From NCBI GenBank assembly GCA_032718475.1, contig JAUCBJ010006043.1, positions 1 to 64,000 on the forward strand: a stretch of 64,000 nt of DNA, given 5' to 3'. Origin of the DNA: Nemertoderma westbladi. Lineage: Eukaryota; Animalia; Xenacoelomorpha. Positions within the stretch are counted from its first letter, which is position 1; each line of letters begins with the position of its first letter. Below the pieces are notes generated by a model. It ran no database searches. It saw only the letters and a list, made by a program, of their open reading frames with translations, and was not told the origin of the DNA. This document shows, piece after piece, positions 12,787-24,027 of this stretch. Position numbers and translations under genes: made by a program.

Positions 12787-15387
12787 CTATTTCTTTCTCT
12801 GATACGCCTTTCGTCTCTTCGCCCGTCGACTCTCATCGATCGCTATAGCTGGTAGAGGAGCGTCAACATCCATCGTGAGTAACGCTTCGGCTTGTCTCCT
12901 GGCGGCTCTTCCTTTCGATGGCATAGGGATCATGTTGGTTCGTCTTTCCAACTCAGACTTGCGTGCCTCTAGGAACCACTCTCCGTCACCGAACTCCTCT
13001 TTATACGAGTATAATCGTCTAATGACTTCAAATGGACCGAATAATCCGGCGCTCAGTAGCAGATCCACGTAATGGAAAGGTAGCATGGCCGACGTGTGGA
13101 GGCGTTCCGGGAAGGAGAAATACCCGCACGCCATCTCATGCGCGATATTCTGAGCGTTTCTCCGAACCTTGGTCTTTAAGTGGCTGTTTGCGTATGTTTC
13201 AAACATGACCATATTTCCCATAGCGGTTACGTCTTTGGTTGGACATTTGATATAGCAGCGGGGGCTAGAGGAATGTCCACGGAAACCGCACGTGGTGCAG
13301 AGGTTATATAGGATCGGACAGACGGAAACGTCGTGGCCCGATGTCGCGCAGTATGGGCAATAGAGTATCCCGATGAGCTGGAGGCACGAATCGGTAACCC
13401 GATTCCTTCTACCGCGTGGGCACTGCTCCGAACCGCAGTTGCCGCAAACCTCCAATTGCATCTCTCGACCGGGGAATATCGGAATCGGGAGGCCGACGTA
13501 ATATTCGAGTCGTCGGTCGCTCTTCGGAATATTCGCGGTGGCCGGTAGCCCGCGGAATGCTAGGCTTTTGCGTAGTAGGTTCTCGCTCCGATAACCTTCT
13601 TTGTGTCCCGTTGGTCTCAACTCAGACGACCGTTTCTGGCGGTGGATCCATTCAGTTTGCTCGGCGTACCAGCGGGTTAGTCGCATAGGGTCCTGAGGAA
13701 CGGAGGGTGTAGTAGCCACCGCTGGTCGGCGAAGAGGTGCTGGGGTTTTCGACGGAGGGATTCCGAGGAGATCGTCGGGAGTCGGCGCAGCGCTGGGGCC
13801 CTTCTCGACCAATATCGCTGAGCGGGTCCGTTGATTGCTGGTACTCGGAATCTCCGACGACCAGTCTTCGCCACCCGGGAAAGGATACGGGGATAACCTT
13901 TGGCACGTATCGCCGAAGTCGTTTAATGCGAAGGTAGTAACCAACTCCCTCGCAGGGCTACCGAAGCCGAGTGGTGAGGAAACGCCCGCTTCCGTCGTTG
14001 GTTCGGCGGAGGCAACCCGTTTGGCGGCCGGTTGGTAAGCGGCCTCCGGCTCGAGTTGTCGCTTCGGGGTGGAGAGTAGAACACCCTCGTTTAGCCATAT
14101 TTCTTCCCCTTCCGAAGAGATCAGAGGCTCCTCCGCACCGAGAAGTTCGGTAATCGTAGGGATGTCGTAAGGTCCGCTCTCGTCCCAGGAATCGATAACG
14201 GCGAGCGTTTTCGTCTCTCCCGGTGTAATGTTCTCGACCGCTTTGAACGCGTGGTTTATGACCTCGTTCCAGTCGTAGTCGACGAAGGAAAGGGGAACCG
14301 CCGTAATGAGGTTATCGAGAGTCTTACAGATAAACTTAGCGACAGTGTAACACTCCATAACGACGTAGATATAGCGCCGTCGATCGGGATTCTCCCACCT
14401 TTGGTGTATCGTCCACTTCTGATCAACGTCCTTCCATCGACCCTCTCGCTCACTCTTTATTTCTAATCCTGGGTATCCACCATATATTTTATTATAGTCC
14501 CGGAATTTCTGGGGTTTGAAGTCGATGCCGCCGTTTAGCACAGCGAGGTAGCCGATCCTGGATTTCTTCGGTCTCACCTCTTGGAATCCTCGCATGAACT
14601 CGGCGAATCGTAACCAGGCTAGTAGCGTTTGAGTGTCGATGCAATGGCTAAGGGCATTGAGGTCGTCTCGTCGGTTTCTTCCTGAAGGAGCGTTCGCGTA
14701 GTCGTTCCGGACGTTCGCCTTGATATCTGACCCGATTTTAATGACGTCGAAGTCGAAGAGGATCTTCTGGATTTCCGGAGGTAGCAACCAGATTGCTCCG
14801 GCTGCCTGCACTTCCTGTCTGGGTGTCGGAAATATTCGACACACCAATACCAAACCGTCCAGGGTTCCGAGGACGACGACCAAGGATCGACCGTATTCTT
14901 TCGCCCCGTACTTTTCTTGGTAGTCGTCGCGATTCTGGATGGTCGATATACGTTCCTCTCGAAGCGTTGCCGTACACTCCGACAGGTTTCCCCAGTGGGC
15001 GAGGTACGTACTCTTGTCGTCGACGAAACTTTGACATCTCGCCAACGTAATCGCTTTCGAGGTGGGCATTGCGTTTCCCTCATTGTCGTAGATCAAACAT
15101 CGGGATCTGTAGACGCTCTGCCGGAACGTTTCCCAAAACGACGAATCGTCCCCTCCGGTTGCCTTTGCATTCCGAGTTCTTTTCAGTCTCGTACTAGCAT
15201 CAGCTAACCGGAGGGCTCGTAGATTCTTGGAATCCGGTCCCTCTCGCCCGGTGAATTTAACGACTCGCACGTTCTCATTTAGCAGGGTGCTCCAATTTGT
15301 ATCAAAGTCAGGGGATCCAGGTTGCGAATATTCCAGTAGATCTATCGTGTTACGTAATTCGCCGATAATTTGGCGATTTGGATCCAT
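12787..15387 (-). CDS. Accessory ORF (866 aa): DEDDy/WRN-EXD-like 3'-5' exonuclease-fold domain, disordered linker, triple zinc-knuckle module and basic C-terminus
   Basis: ATG-initiated intact ORF. Motifs: IYDNEG (ExoI-like DxE), LLPPEIQKILFDFDVIKIGSDIKAN, CIDTQTL, YVVME (ExoIII-like); CGNC, CPYCx4Hx4C, CTTCGFRGH; C-terminal RRAKRRKAYQRKK. Confidence 0.75.
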   Translation of the reverse strand: MDPNRQIIGELRNTIDLLEYSQPGSPDFDTNWSTLLNENVRVVKFTGREGPDSKNLRALRLADASTRLKRTRNAKATGGDDSSFWETFRQSVYRSRCLIYDNEGNAMPTSKAITLARCQSFVDDKSTYLAHWGNLSECTATLREERISTIQNRDDYQEKYGAKEYGRSLVVVLGTLDGLVLVCRIFPTPRQEVQAAGAIWLLPPEIQKILFDFDVIKIGSDIKANVRNDYANAPSGRNRRDDLNALSHCIDTQTLLAWLRFAEFMRGFQEVRPKKSRIGYLAVLNGGIDFKPQKFRDYNKIYGGYPGLEIKSEREGRWKDVDQKWTIHQRWENPDRRRYIYVVMECYTVAKFICKTLDNLITAVPLSFVDYDWNEVINHAFKAVENITPGETKTLAVIDSWDESGPYDIPTITELLGAEEPLISSEGEEIWLNEGVLLSTPKRQLEPEAAYQPAAKRVASAEPTTEAGVSSPLGFGSPARELVTTFALNDFGDTCQRLSPYPFPGGEDWSSEIPSTSNQRTRSAILVEKGPSAAPTPDDLLGIPPSKTPAPLRRPAVATTPSVPQDPMRLTRWYAEQTEWIHRQKRSSELRPTGHKEGYRSENLLRKSLAFRGLPATANIPKSDRRLEYYVGLPIPIFPGREMQLEVCGNCGSEQCPRGRRNRVTDSCLQLIGILYCPYCATSGHDVSVCPILYNLCTTCGFRGHSSSPRCYIKCPTKDVTAMGNMVMFETYANSHLKTKVRRNAQNIAHEMACGYFSFPERLHTSAMLPFHYVDLLLSAGLFGPFEVIRRLYSYKEEFGDGEWFLEARKSELERRTNMIPMPSKGRAARRQAEALLTMDVDAPLPAIAIDESRRAKRRKAYQRKK

Positions 15388-15934
15388 ATTTACGATTATA
15401 TCCGTTACAAATTAGATCAGTTAATTATAAGTCCAGAAAGTCTGAAACTATAGCGATAGCAGAATAATTCAGTTTTTTATTTAATTCAGTTTATTAAATA
15501 ACATTGCTATATAGACATCTATCATCTTATTGCTAATACATTCAGCATTTACAGTTACTATAGCTATACATTAATATCCAACCAGTTTTTTATGACTTTT
15601 TTGTCCTTTTCTTTTTTCCAATTCTTTTCTTTAGACTTTTTTATACCTTTTTTTGTCTTTTTTCATTTCATTATTATTTCATCTCATTTTATTTATTTCC
15701 ACATATATTTCATCACATTTATTTCCACCATTTATTTCACATTTGTTTATTTCCACATCATCATTGGGGTTATAGCCCCCCGGCTATCATCATTTGTTAT
15801 AAGCGCAACACCAGGGTGCGCATCATTACATTTTCATCATCATACGCGTCACCATTCAGGTTTATAGTAGAGTTGTCTGATCCTTTTCATCATTTCCAAC
15901 TACATTCAATCATCTTCTTTGGTTAATCTTTGTC

Positions 15935-16360
15935 GTGGAAGGGGTGTTACGCGGCAATCTGGGATCTACAGCTGGACTCGTTACACCGCCTACGCCCCAA
16001 ACTGCGCACGTAACGGACAATGAAGACGCTGGGAGTGAAGTCACGTGGAGTGCACCAGGGACCCACCAGAATAACATTCCCAACAACATAAAGCTCAGTC
16101 GACGAAGTCATGTGGGATGGGGTTACGCAACATTCTGGGATCTACAGCTGGACTCGTTACACCGCCTACGCCCCAAAATCCACGCAACGGTCCCACCAGA
16201 ATAACGCGACTGAGAAACATAAAACCCTCTATCGTCGAAGTCATGTGGATGCACCATGGACCCACCAGAATAACGGGATAGAGGGGGTGTTGCGCGGCAA
16301 TCCGGGATCTACAGCTGGACTCGTTACACCGCCTACGCCCCGAACTGCGCACGCAACGGA
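15935..16360. repeat. Three imperfect ~170-bp repeats with an invariant 38-nt core, between pol end and accessory ORF
   Basis: GGGATCTACAGCTGGACTCGTTACACCGCCTACGCCCC ending at 15998, 16174 and 16341. Confidence 0.85.
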
Positions 16361-16635
16361 CAACATAACATACTGCGATGAATATAATGAATTCCACTTC
16401 AAATCTTTACCATTTCCAATAATCCAATATCGTTGGTCCCGATGACCAAAATCAGGGTAAACAATACATAAACGACCCTGCGTCAGTCGAAACATCTGCA
16501 GGGTGACGCTGGACTCCACATAACACACGAGGAAACACAAATACCATTGCATGGTTACAGTTGGTTTAAGGGGGTCCATTTTCATTGTCGATAAATCACA
16601 GTTTTATAAGAGTTTGTCAACATGATGAGAAGGGT

Positions 16636-17754
16636 CTAAACGCATTTGTAATTGTCACCAATGTCCGCAGCAGGATCTTGAGTAGGGAACTTATCACCTC
16701 TCGTAGAGTCACCGCTATCATTGCCTTCGAGAAGGCACAGCCTCTGGATAGGGCGTTGGTAGTGGCCCTTTTTATAATTGTCACCAATGTCCGCAGCAGG
16801 ATCTTGAGTAGGGAACTTGTCACCTCTCGTAGAGTCACCGCTGTCATTGCCTTCAAGAAGGCACAGCCTCTGGATAGGGCGTTGGTAGTGGCCCTTTGCC
16901 GTTCGTATCGTCACAGTCCTCGCAAGTCCGTCTTTGCTTGGGTGTATGGTCACGACCCGCGCCACAGGCCAGTGAACGCGGTCTTTGAGATCTTCTTTTA
17001 CTAGTACCATGTCGCCAACTGCGACGTTCCGGTATGTGTTGTTCCATTTCCTCCTGGTCCGGAGGGTTATGAGATACTCCTGGGCCCAGATTCTCCACCA
17101 ATGCGCTGCCAATGCTTGGGCCTTCTTCCAATTTGTATGTCTCGCGAACTCGCTGGGATCTGGGAACATGGTCTCTGGGAGAACATGAGTTTTGGGTCTC
17201 CCCAGTAGGTGATTAGGAGTAAGGGACTCAACTGAGGCGTTTGCCATCCAGGTATTACGGCAGATTAGTCCGTGCTCTCCCGTTAATGGTGTCAATGTTA
17301 TCAACGTCATTATTATCATCAACAACCTTATTAGCCACCAAAGCATGGGCAAGCGCCAATGTCCGTCTTTGGACGTTGCCTGATCAAAAATGTCGGTACA
17401 ATATTGATCTTCCTCGGACGGATTCTCGTCCTTCTCGGCAAACTCTCGGGTCTCCACATTAAAGCATCCGGTCATCTCCCGCTGGGTTCTCTCAGTCTCA
17501 AGGAAAAAATCATCGTCCAGGTCTGTAGCTGAGCAATAACCCACGGAGGTTACATTTTCTTTAATCTGACATTTAGGAAGGTATGTATAGGTGTCAGTAG
17601 TCTCTTCCTTGATGCCACAGAGGGTCCATCCCATTATTGTTCGTTCAGCGTAAAAGCCGTCATCCTTCTTTATGGATCGGGCGACATCTCCGGTTGGTAT
17701 GTGTAATTCCGGTGTATCAAGTCCGATCAGTAGGGTGATGCGGTTTACGTCCAA
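16636..17754 (-). pseudogene. Deleted BEL pol of A: post-protease region fused to integrase C-terminus (with a 126-bp tandem duplication)
   Basis: TLLIGLD..RTIMGWTLCG..WRLPMLW joined to LTPNHLLG..WWRIWAQEYL..VGDMVLV..WPVARV..DGLARTV..RPIQRLCLLE; no YVDD or catalytic D,D35E core. Confidence 0.85.
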
Positions 17755-17781
17755 CTGCGGACACCTCAGGTCTACATCGTC

Positions 17782-19357
17782 TCAGTCCAATTGTATGAGG
17801 GGGGCGTACTCGGCTGATTGTTGGAACCGCACTCGGAGGTCTGTGTGTACCAAGGCGTTCTTGATGGTTAACTTAACCGTTTCGTAGCCCTTAATCACTC
17901 CTTCCATCTGGAGTTGCACCTCCCCGGACTCTACCTCTCTGTTATCGGTGATGGTTTGTATGGGCCGTTTACAAGGTTCATATTCTAGGCCGAGTTGCTC
18001 GAGGAAATCCCGGTCGATGATGGTTCCGTCGGACCCATTATCAAGGAACGCGAGCGTCGTCAAGGATTTGCCGACTCCTTGAATCCTTACTGGGATTACC
18101 TTTGCGAAGACCATGTAGCGGCGATTTATAAGATTAATCGTGGCCGAAATATTTGTTACTTGTGATGCGTTAGTGGAGGTTTTGAACGGGTTGGTTTCTC
18201 TCCGTTGGGTTGTCCGGGTTCCTTTAGAAACGTGGTTCGTTTCTCCTCTTCGCTTGGCTTCGATCCGAAAGGGGAGGGTAGTGAAGTCGAAGTTCGCGGG
18301 GATGTGGAGGAGCGTGTGATGACGTAGGTCGTTACAAACCGCACAACACGACCTTTGGTGGCAATCCCGAACGTAGTGACCTGTTCCAAGACACCGGAAG
18401 CATCCTCGGTGTTTCGTAATCGCCTCGAAGCGTGGGACGAGTTCAGCAAACTGGAACTTTCCGCAGAATTCTAACTTATGTTTCTCTCCGCAGAAGAGAC
18501 ATATAGGGGAGGCTGTGGTGCCTTCCCTTTCGGGTGCCCAATTCGCTAGGTAGCATGCCCATTCTTCTGCTAAGGTCGGTTCCTCGTAATCCTCGTCATC
18601 CGAGTCCTCAGCCATACTGACGGCCATCGCACTCACAGGAGTAGGGTGGAAACTTGGGTTTGGAGTGGGTGCCCTGCTCTGGTAATTGCTCTCCATTGCG
18701 TCCAACTTGGCGAGACTCTGTTTCGAGAACATCGAGTCATTCATGGCTTCGGAGATATCGTCCAGGAATGCCGACATTTCGAGGAAGCTGGGATCTTGAT
18801 CTGGATGTCTGCGCCGGAGATGTACGCATTTATAGGCCCACTTACTTTGCAGCCATCCGGGGAACTTCCGGGCGATCTGTCGGAGGTTTAGAATGTTGTT
18901 CACCTGGTCCTCCTTATTTAAGGGTTTCAGAGTGTAGTAGGCATCCTTCATGGAATCTGAGAATTCCTGGAGGTTCTGTGGGTCCCCTAGTGATCCCGCG
19001 TCTTGTATCAGTTTCTCTAGAGTTTTATTAATTATAGTCCCGGTATTTCCGTATCTTTTGTCTAGAGTTTTCCATGCGTCATAGTATGCTTCATGAGAAC
19101 CTCCCTCAAAACAAGCGATGATTCGGCGTGGTTTGTCACCCAGGTATTGCGATAAATATACCAGTTTCTGTGCGTCGGCTATGTCCGTTGATCCAATCTG
19201 CACAAAGAACCGTTTCTTGAATCTGAGGTAATCGACGGGATCTCCTTCGAAGGTGCGGATCTCCATCTTAGGCATGGCAAGGTGGTTCTCCAACGCCCGG
19301 ATAATACTGATGTCGTCTGAACTGGAGTGACTCAGAGGGTTATAGTTATTGGCACTC
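17782..19357 (-). CDS. BEL/Pao Gag-protease of A (N-terminus lost)
   Basis: MPKMEIRTFEGDP (DUF1759-type region), three Cys/His knuckles (CLFC..HKLEFC, CFRCLGTGHYVRDC, CAVC..HHTLLH), protease FLDNGS. Confidence 0.85.
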
Positions 19358-20050
19358 ACATTTGTCGTGGTTAAAAAGAAGTTGCCACAATTTGCTCCAG
19401 CGGTCCAGGACATCCAAATCACTTTGTAGTAGGGCAATAGATGTGATGTTCCTGGGGTCGAATATAGCGCTTTGAGGTCATTGGTGAAAAGATGAATGAG
19501 TAGAGTTGGAACATCATTCACATATCCAAGTAATAGGAAAACTCCAGCAACACTTCCCTGAGGAACACCATTGTCAAAATGTAGCCACAGTGATGCTTTC
19601 CCACTGATGACCACGGGTTGGTATCTACAAGATAGAAAGACCTGAAACCAATTTAATAACTTGCCAGTTATTCCAAGGGCCTGCAAATTGACAATCAGTC
19701 TCTGGTGTGGCACTGAATCAAAGGCTTTCTCTAAGTCCAAGTACACATCGATGCACATGCGATCATCTAGTACTTTGAACCAATGGAAGATACAATCAAG
19801 TAGTTGCAGAGGGCATGATCGCCATTTCTGCTTTTCTGGAAACAGTATTGGTCATAGGGTATATATAAGGTTATTTCCCTTCATGTTGCTGTATGTTTCA
19901 TTGACAATATTTCGTTCCATAAGTTTGCAGACCACTAATGTTAGACTGATAGATGTTAAGTTTTCACACAAATATTTACTACCATTCTTAAATTGTGGGG
20001 AAATGTTGGCGAGCTTCCAAACAACTGTCTGGTAGCGGTCCTTCATTCAT
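19358..20050 (-). pseudogene. Decayed CR1-type LINE RT fragment
   Basis: ISLTLVVCKLMERNI; DVYLDLEKAFDSVPH; GVPQGSV; frameshifted. Confidence 0.8.
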
Positions 20051-21252
20051 TGACTTATTAAATAATGAAGCCAGGGGTAAGCCTTTATCTCGTTATTGGC
20101 CCCGATAAAGTTGGTACCTTTATCTGATCGCATGGTGTTGCTAGTCCCAAAGCGAGCGATTTGTCGGCGTAGGCTGAGTATGAAACTATTAGTAGATAAA
20201 TCATTCACCATGTCCAGATGAATCGCTCTTACAAAGTCATAAAGTCTTACGAAGTCTTACAAACAAATATAACGCACCATCGCTTGACTATAGTTCGAGC
20301 GCGGTACACTTCAATAGGGCCAAATAAATCCACACCAGTGTTAGTAAAGGGTGGTTCATAACAGCTTACTCTTTCCCTAGGTAATTCTGCCTCTCGCTGG
20401 GTTAAAGGCCTAATGCTTTCCTACAGGGTATGCAGTTCCTAAGAACTTGGTTTAGTGCTTTACGTGGCTTATAAAAATAATAGCGCATTCTAACTTCGCT
20501 AAGAAGTCGTTCCCTACTTGCATGATAAAGATTACTATGGACATCTACAATCATCTTGATTTGTATTTCAAGATTTTTGATGATGATGGGGTACTTAGTG
20601 TCAAAGGAAAGTGGTACATTAGTTAATCTCCCTCCAACACGTATGAGTCTGTCAAACATCATACTGGACAAAGAATCCTTTAAGTGCATCTGCGGATTTT
20701 TCATCAGCAGGAAATGCTTCTCAGGATCATCATGGCACTGTAGAAGCCTCAGTAGTTGCTTATTGGTATTGTCATGCTCCTGATGCGTGATCTTGTCCGT
20801 TAAAAACTGTGAATTTCTTTAGTCTTGGAATAATGGTGGTGGAAAAGCCGTTTCAAATACGTGATTGCTTTACAATGTCTATTCCAAGCTCTCTTCACTA
20901 GTGGTGAGAGTCCTTTAGAGACATCAGGTATCCCAGTCTTCCAATCTTGGTTCTGAAAATAGGCCACAGTCCCGTTCGGGGTTCGTGGTGTGGCATCATT
21001 GTTGTCATCGGCAGCGTGTAGAATCGATAGATCGAGCATCGGTTTAAACAGCTTGGATTTACTCGTCCGCATCTTTGGCTTAACAGTTTCCGCTCCCTTG
21101 GCTTGTCTGATCTCGGCAGTGGTGAGATGGGGGGGGGGGGGGCATTCCTCTTCTCCTTTACTCAGGAAGTCGGGGCCACCTAGGCAATCTGGTGTCTCAG
21201 TTAGTTCCTTGGGTGTAGCTCCTCTGGAGGCTATGACAGCAGGATTAATAGT
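19358..21252 (-). repeat. Left arm of a ~1.9-kb inverted duplication (partner 29671-31587)
   Basis: Near-identical reverse complement; paired ORFs (e.g. 20402-20704 and 30231-30533) differ at only a few residues. Confidence 0.95.
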
Positions 21253-23305
21253 CCCAGGGCAATGTCTACACGGTTAGTTACAAAGACGCTGGACTGGCAG
21301 ACTTCATTAGTCAAATATTCTAGAACGAGTAATGCATCCATCCAATAAACAGTTTTCTCCAATGGGTAGTCTACCTGTTTGGTGATATTCCTACCAATGG
21401 TGAAAGCGTACAGTGCTGTTTTTAATTCTGCTCTGGGTACCCATAGCTTGTTGATTAGAGCCTTTGAGGCGGCTAAGAAGACCTTAATTCTGTCTGGTGT
21501 TTCGACTCTCAGATAGACTACTATACCTATTCCAATATTGCTGGCGTCTCCAAAGACGTGTAGTTGATAGGAATAGGTGGGGAGAACATGACCAAAATAT
21601 GCGCGAGAAATCTTAAAGTCCTCTATAGATGGTAAAGAGTTTTCCCACTTCATCCATTTCTTCAATAGTTCACCCTTTAGCGGGTCATCCCAAGAATGGT
21701 TTTCAAGCCACATTTGCTGGACTAGATTCTGAGCAACTAGGATTACTGGACTAATGAATCCTAACGGATCGAAATACATGCTAAGAATACTCACGCAGAT
21801 CCTTTTAGTCCGAACAGGGTCCTCTTGTTGTTTTAATTGGAAGAACAAAATATCTCTCTCCGTATCCCACTTTAGTCCGATGGTTTTGGTCTCTGGGAGG
21901 TCGTCTTTAATAAGGTCGAGATCTTTCGCACCTCGTTCTTTCTCTGGGATCGCCTCCAGAAACTCACGGGAGTTGCTGGTGAATTTAGTTAACCGAAATC
22001 CACCGCGCTGAAAACACTCTACCGTTCCCTTGGCAACCTCTACAGCTTCTTCCACCATAGGTAGAGACTTGAGGTTGTCGTCCATGTAGATGTCCTATTT
22101 AATATTATCGATGACCGTTTTGGGGAATGCGTCTCGATTCTCATCTGCAGTAGTATGTACTATTGAGCAGGCATTGGATGGACTAGATATAATGCCGAAG
22201 GCTTGGATAGTCATCCAATACTCCACAGGTTCCTTACCAAAGTCACCATCAGGCCACCATAAGAACTGTAAACTATCTCGGTCTCGTTGTAACGCCTTTA
22301 CTTGAAGAAACATTCCCCTCGATATTGGAGGCAAAGACGATAGAATACTGCCGGAGTCGCAGTAGTATTCCCAACAATGATTGCAGTTGGTTGGGTCCCG
22401 GCAATAACTCAGAGTTGAGGGATTGTCCCTTATATAACGCAGATCCGTCGAACACCACCCGGACTTCATTGGGCTTTCTGGGTTTGGGAACATAGTGGTG
22501 TGTTAGATAGTACGTTCTCTCTGTCACACGTGTGTCGATGGGAACTCGCTCTGCGTATCCCTTGTCGATGAACTTTTTCAACTGGGTCTTATACATTTCT
22601 TTAGCCTTGTCATTCCTTGACAAGCATCGATGTAGCTGTTTGATTCTCTTGATGGCCAACGGTCGATTGTTTATGAAGCTGGGTTCTCTCTTCCGGAAAG
22701 GTAAGCCAATCTCGTATCGACCCTCCTCCTTTAAGTAACGAGTAGTCGTCGCTTGGATCTGTTTAGTTCTTTCTTCCTCTACTGATAGGGCTCTATCATA
22801 CGAGTTGGGTTCCACAGCTTCTTGCATGAAGAATCGAACGGTGAGTTCATCTCTCAATTGAGCCTTGTATCGCTCCACTACCTCATTGAGCTCGTCATCC
22901 TCGTAAGCCAACAGCTCGTTATTAGGCTGTATTAAGTTACAGAGTTCGATTTGATTGAACCAAGTCTGAGTTTCGGTGAGGGGTTTGATAACATTCTCCT
23001 CATCGTATATTGTTTGTATATCATCGTTATCTGATGAGTATGGAGTTTCCTTGGCTGTTAGAGTTTCATCCATCACAGCCTCTACGATGTTGCACACTTG
23101 ATGGACATGTTCATCCTCTCCCCTTTCTCGGGGGGTCCGTCCAGAGGGTCCTGTGATGTACCAACCCACTCTGGTTCTTCCCGCGTATGTTTGTAAAGGT
23201 CGCGGTCGTGCGGGTCGTTTTTCGATGGTCTCGAGCGCTTCATGCGCATTTTGGCCGATGAGCATCTGAACTCCCGTATAATCGGGTTTGAATCTGGGAA
23301 CTTGG
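20090..23305 (-). pseudogene. BEL/Pao pol remnant F (RT-RNaseH-IN, frameshifted), close relative of element E
   Basis: YYLTHHYV..VRVVFDGS..GPNQL, YMDD, FDPLG, LHVFGDAS, VGGRL..KYPII, TGVDLFGP; shares QMLIGQNAHEALET..YAGRTRVGWY..TPYSSDNDDI with ORF 56487-59654. Confidence 0.88.
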
Positions 23306-23824
23306 TGTGACAAATTAGGTTGAGATTTCTTAAACATTCATTAAATTACTCTCAATATCTATAATATGATAACGGTCTTTATTTTAATGGAATCAATTAA
23401 ATTATATGATGAGACATCTGTTATCAATCCTTAGTGCTTAATTAGTTACTGTTAATATTGTATTGGTGAAGGTGTATCCAATAGCACTTATTTTACATTA
23501 TTAGTACAGTATGTCGAATAACTATTAAGCTGTAACTAATGCTAGCTAATTTATTTGTATTGGGTAATTTGATTTAGTTGATACATAGTTCAATTAGTTG
23601 AAATTATTTTTAAGACCCTTTCAATATGTTCAAGAGAACTCAGTGTTTACAGTGTGTGTAATTCATTTCAATTTTCTATTCAGTTTCTGTGTTTAAATGC
23701 TTTATTAAATAATTTTAATGTTGATTCGTAAATAATATTAAATGTCAGAGATTTAATTATAAGAAAACGTATTTTAAATTATTCTTATTTACAATTTCTT
23801 AAGATACAATAATTATTCACTACA
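23306..23824 (+). repeat. 5' LTR of BEL element B (~519 bp, AT-rich)
   Basis: TGT...ACA, interrupts pol remnant F, followed 6 nt later by a PBS-like TGG motif; single copy. Confidence 0.65.
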
Positions 23825-23830
23825 TAAAAA

Positions 23831-23848
23831 TGGTGCCTGGACCCGGAT
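23831..23848 (+). promoter_or_regulatory. Primer-binding site of element B
   Basis: TGGTGCCTGGACCCGGAT resembles the complement of a tRNA 3' end (His-like TGGTGCCGTGACTCGGAT). Confidence 0.65.
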
Positions 23849-24027
23849 CTAATCAACCGCTATATTTTTTTTATATTCTTTAATCCAGGCCTAGGCCCAT
23901 AAAATATTTAGTTATGGCAAAGAAAAAAGACAAAACGGGTACCGGTACGTAAAATAAACAAAATACAGTTTTATGTAATAGCACAGCAGAACAAAAGAAT
24001 ATATCTTCGCTTAAGTACAATATTTAA

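Larger units (their letters stand above)
11185..19357 (-). mobile_element. BEL/Pao LTR retrotransposon A (5'-truncated, RT/RNaseH/IN core deleted, intact accessory ORF)
   Basis: Order on the minus strand: gag-PR, pre-RT/IN C-terminus remnant, accessory ORF, PPT, LTR. Confidence 0.85.

Noticed and set aside
12787-15387. Env glycoprotein
   Set aside because: No signal peptide or transmembrane anchor visible; motifs instead fit a nuclease fold plus zinc knuckles
17782-19758. 658-aa RT-Gag fusion gene
   Set aside because: The first ~133 aa are a decayed CR1 RT fragment joined in frame by chance at the duplication junction (19358)
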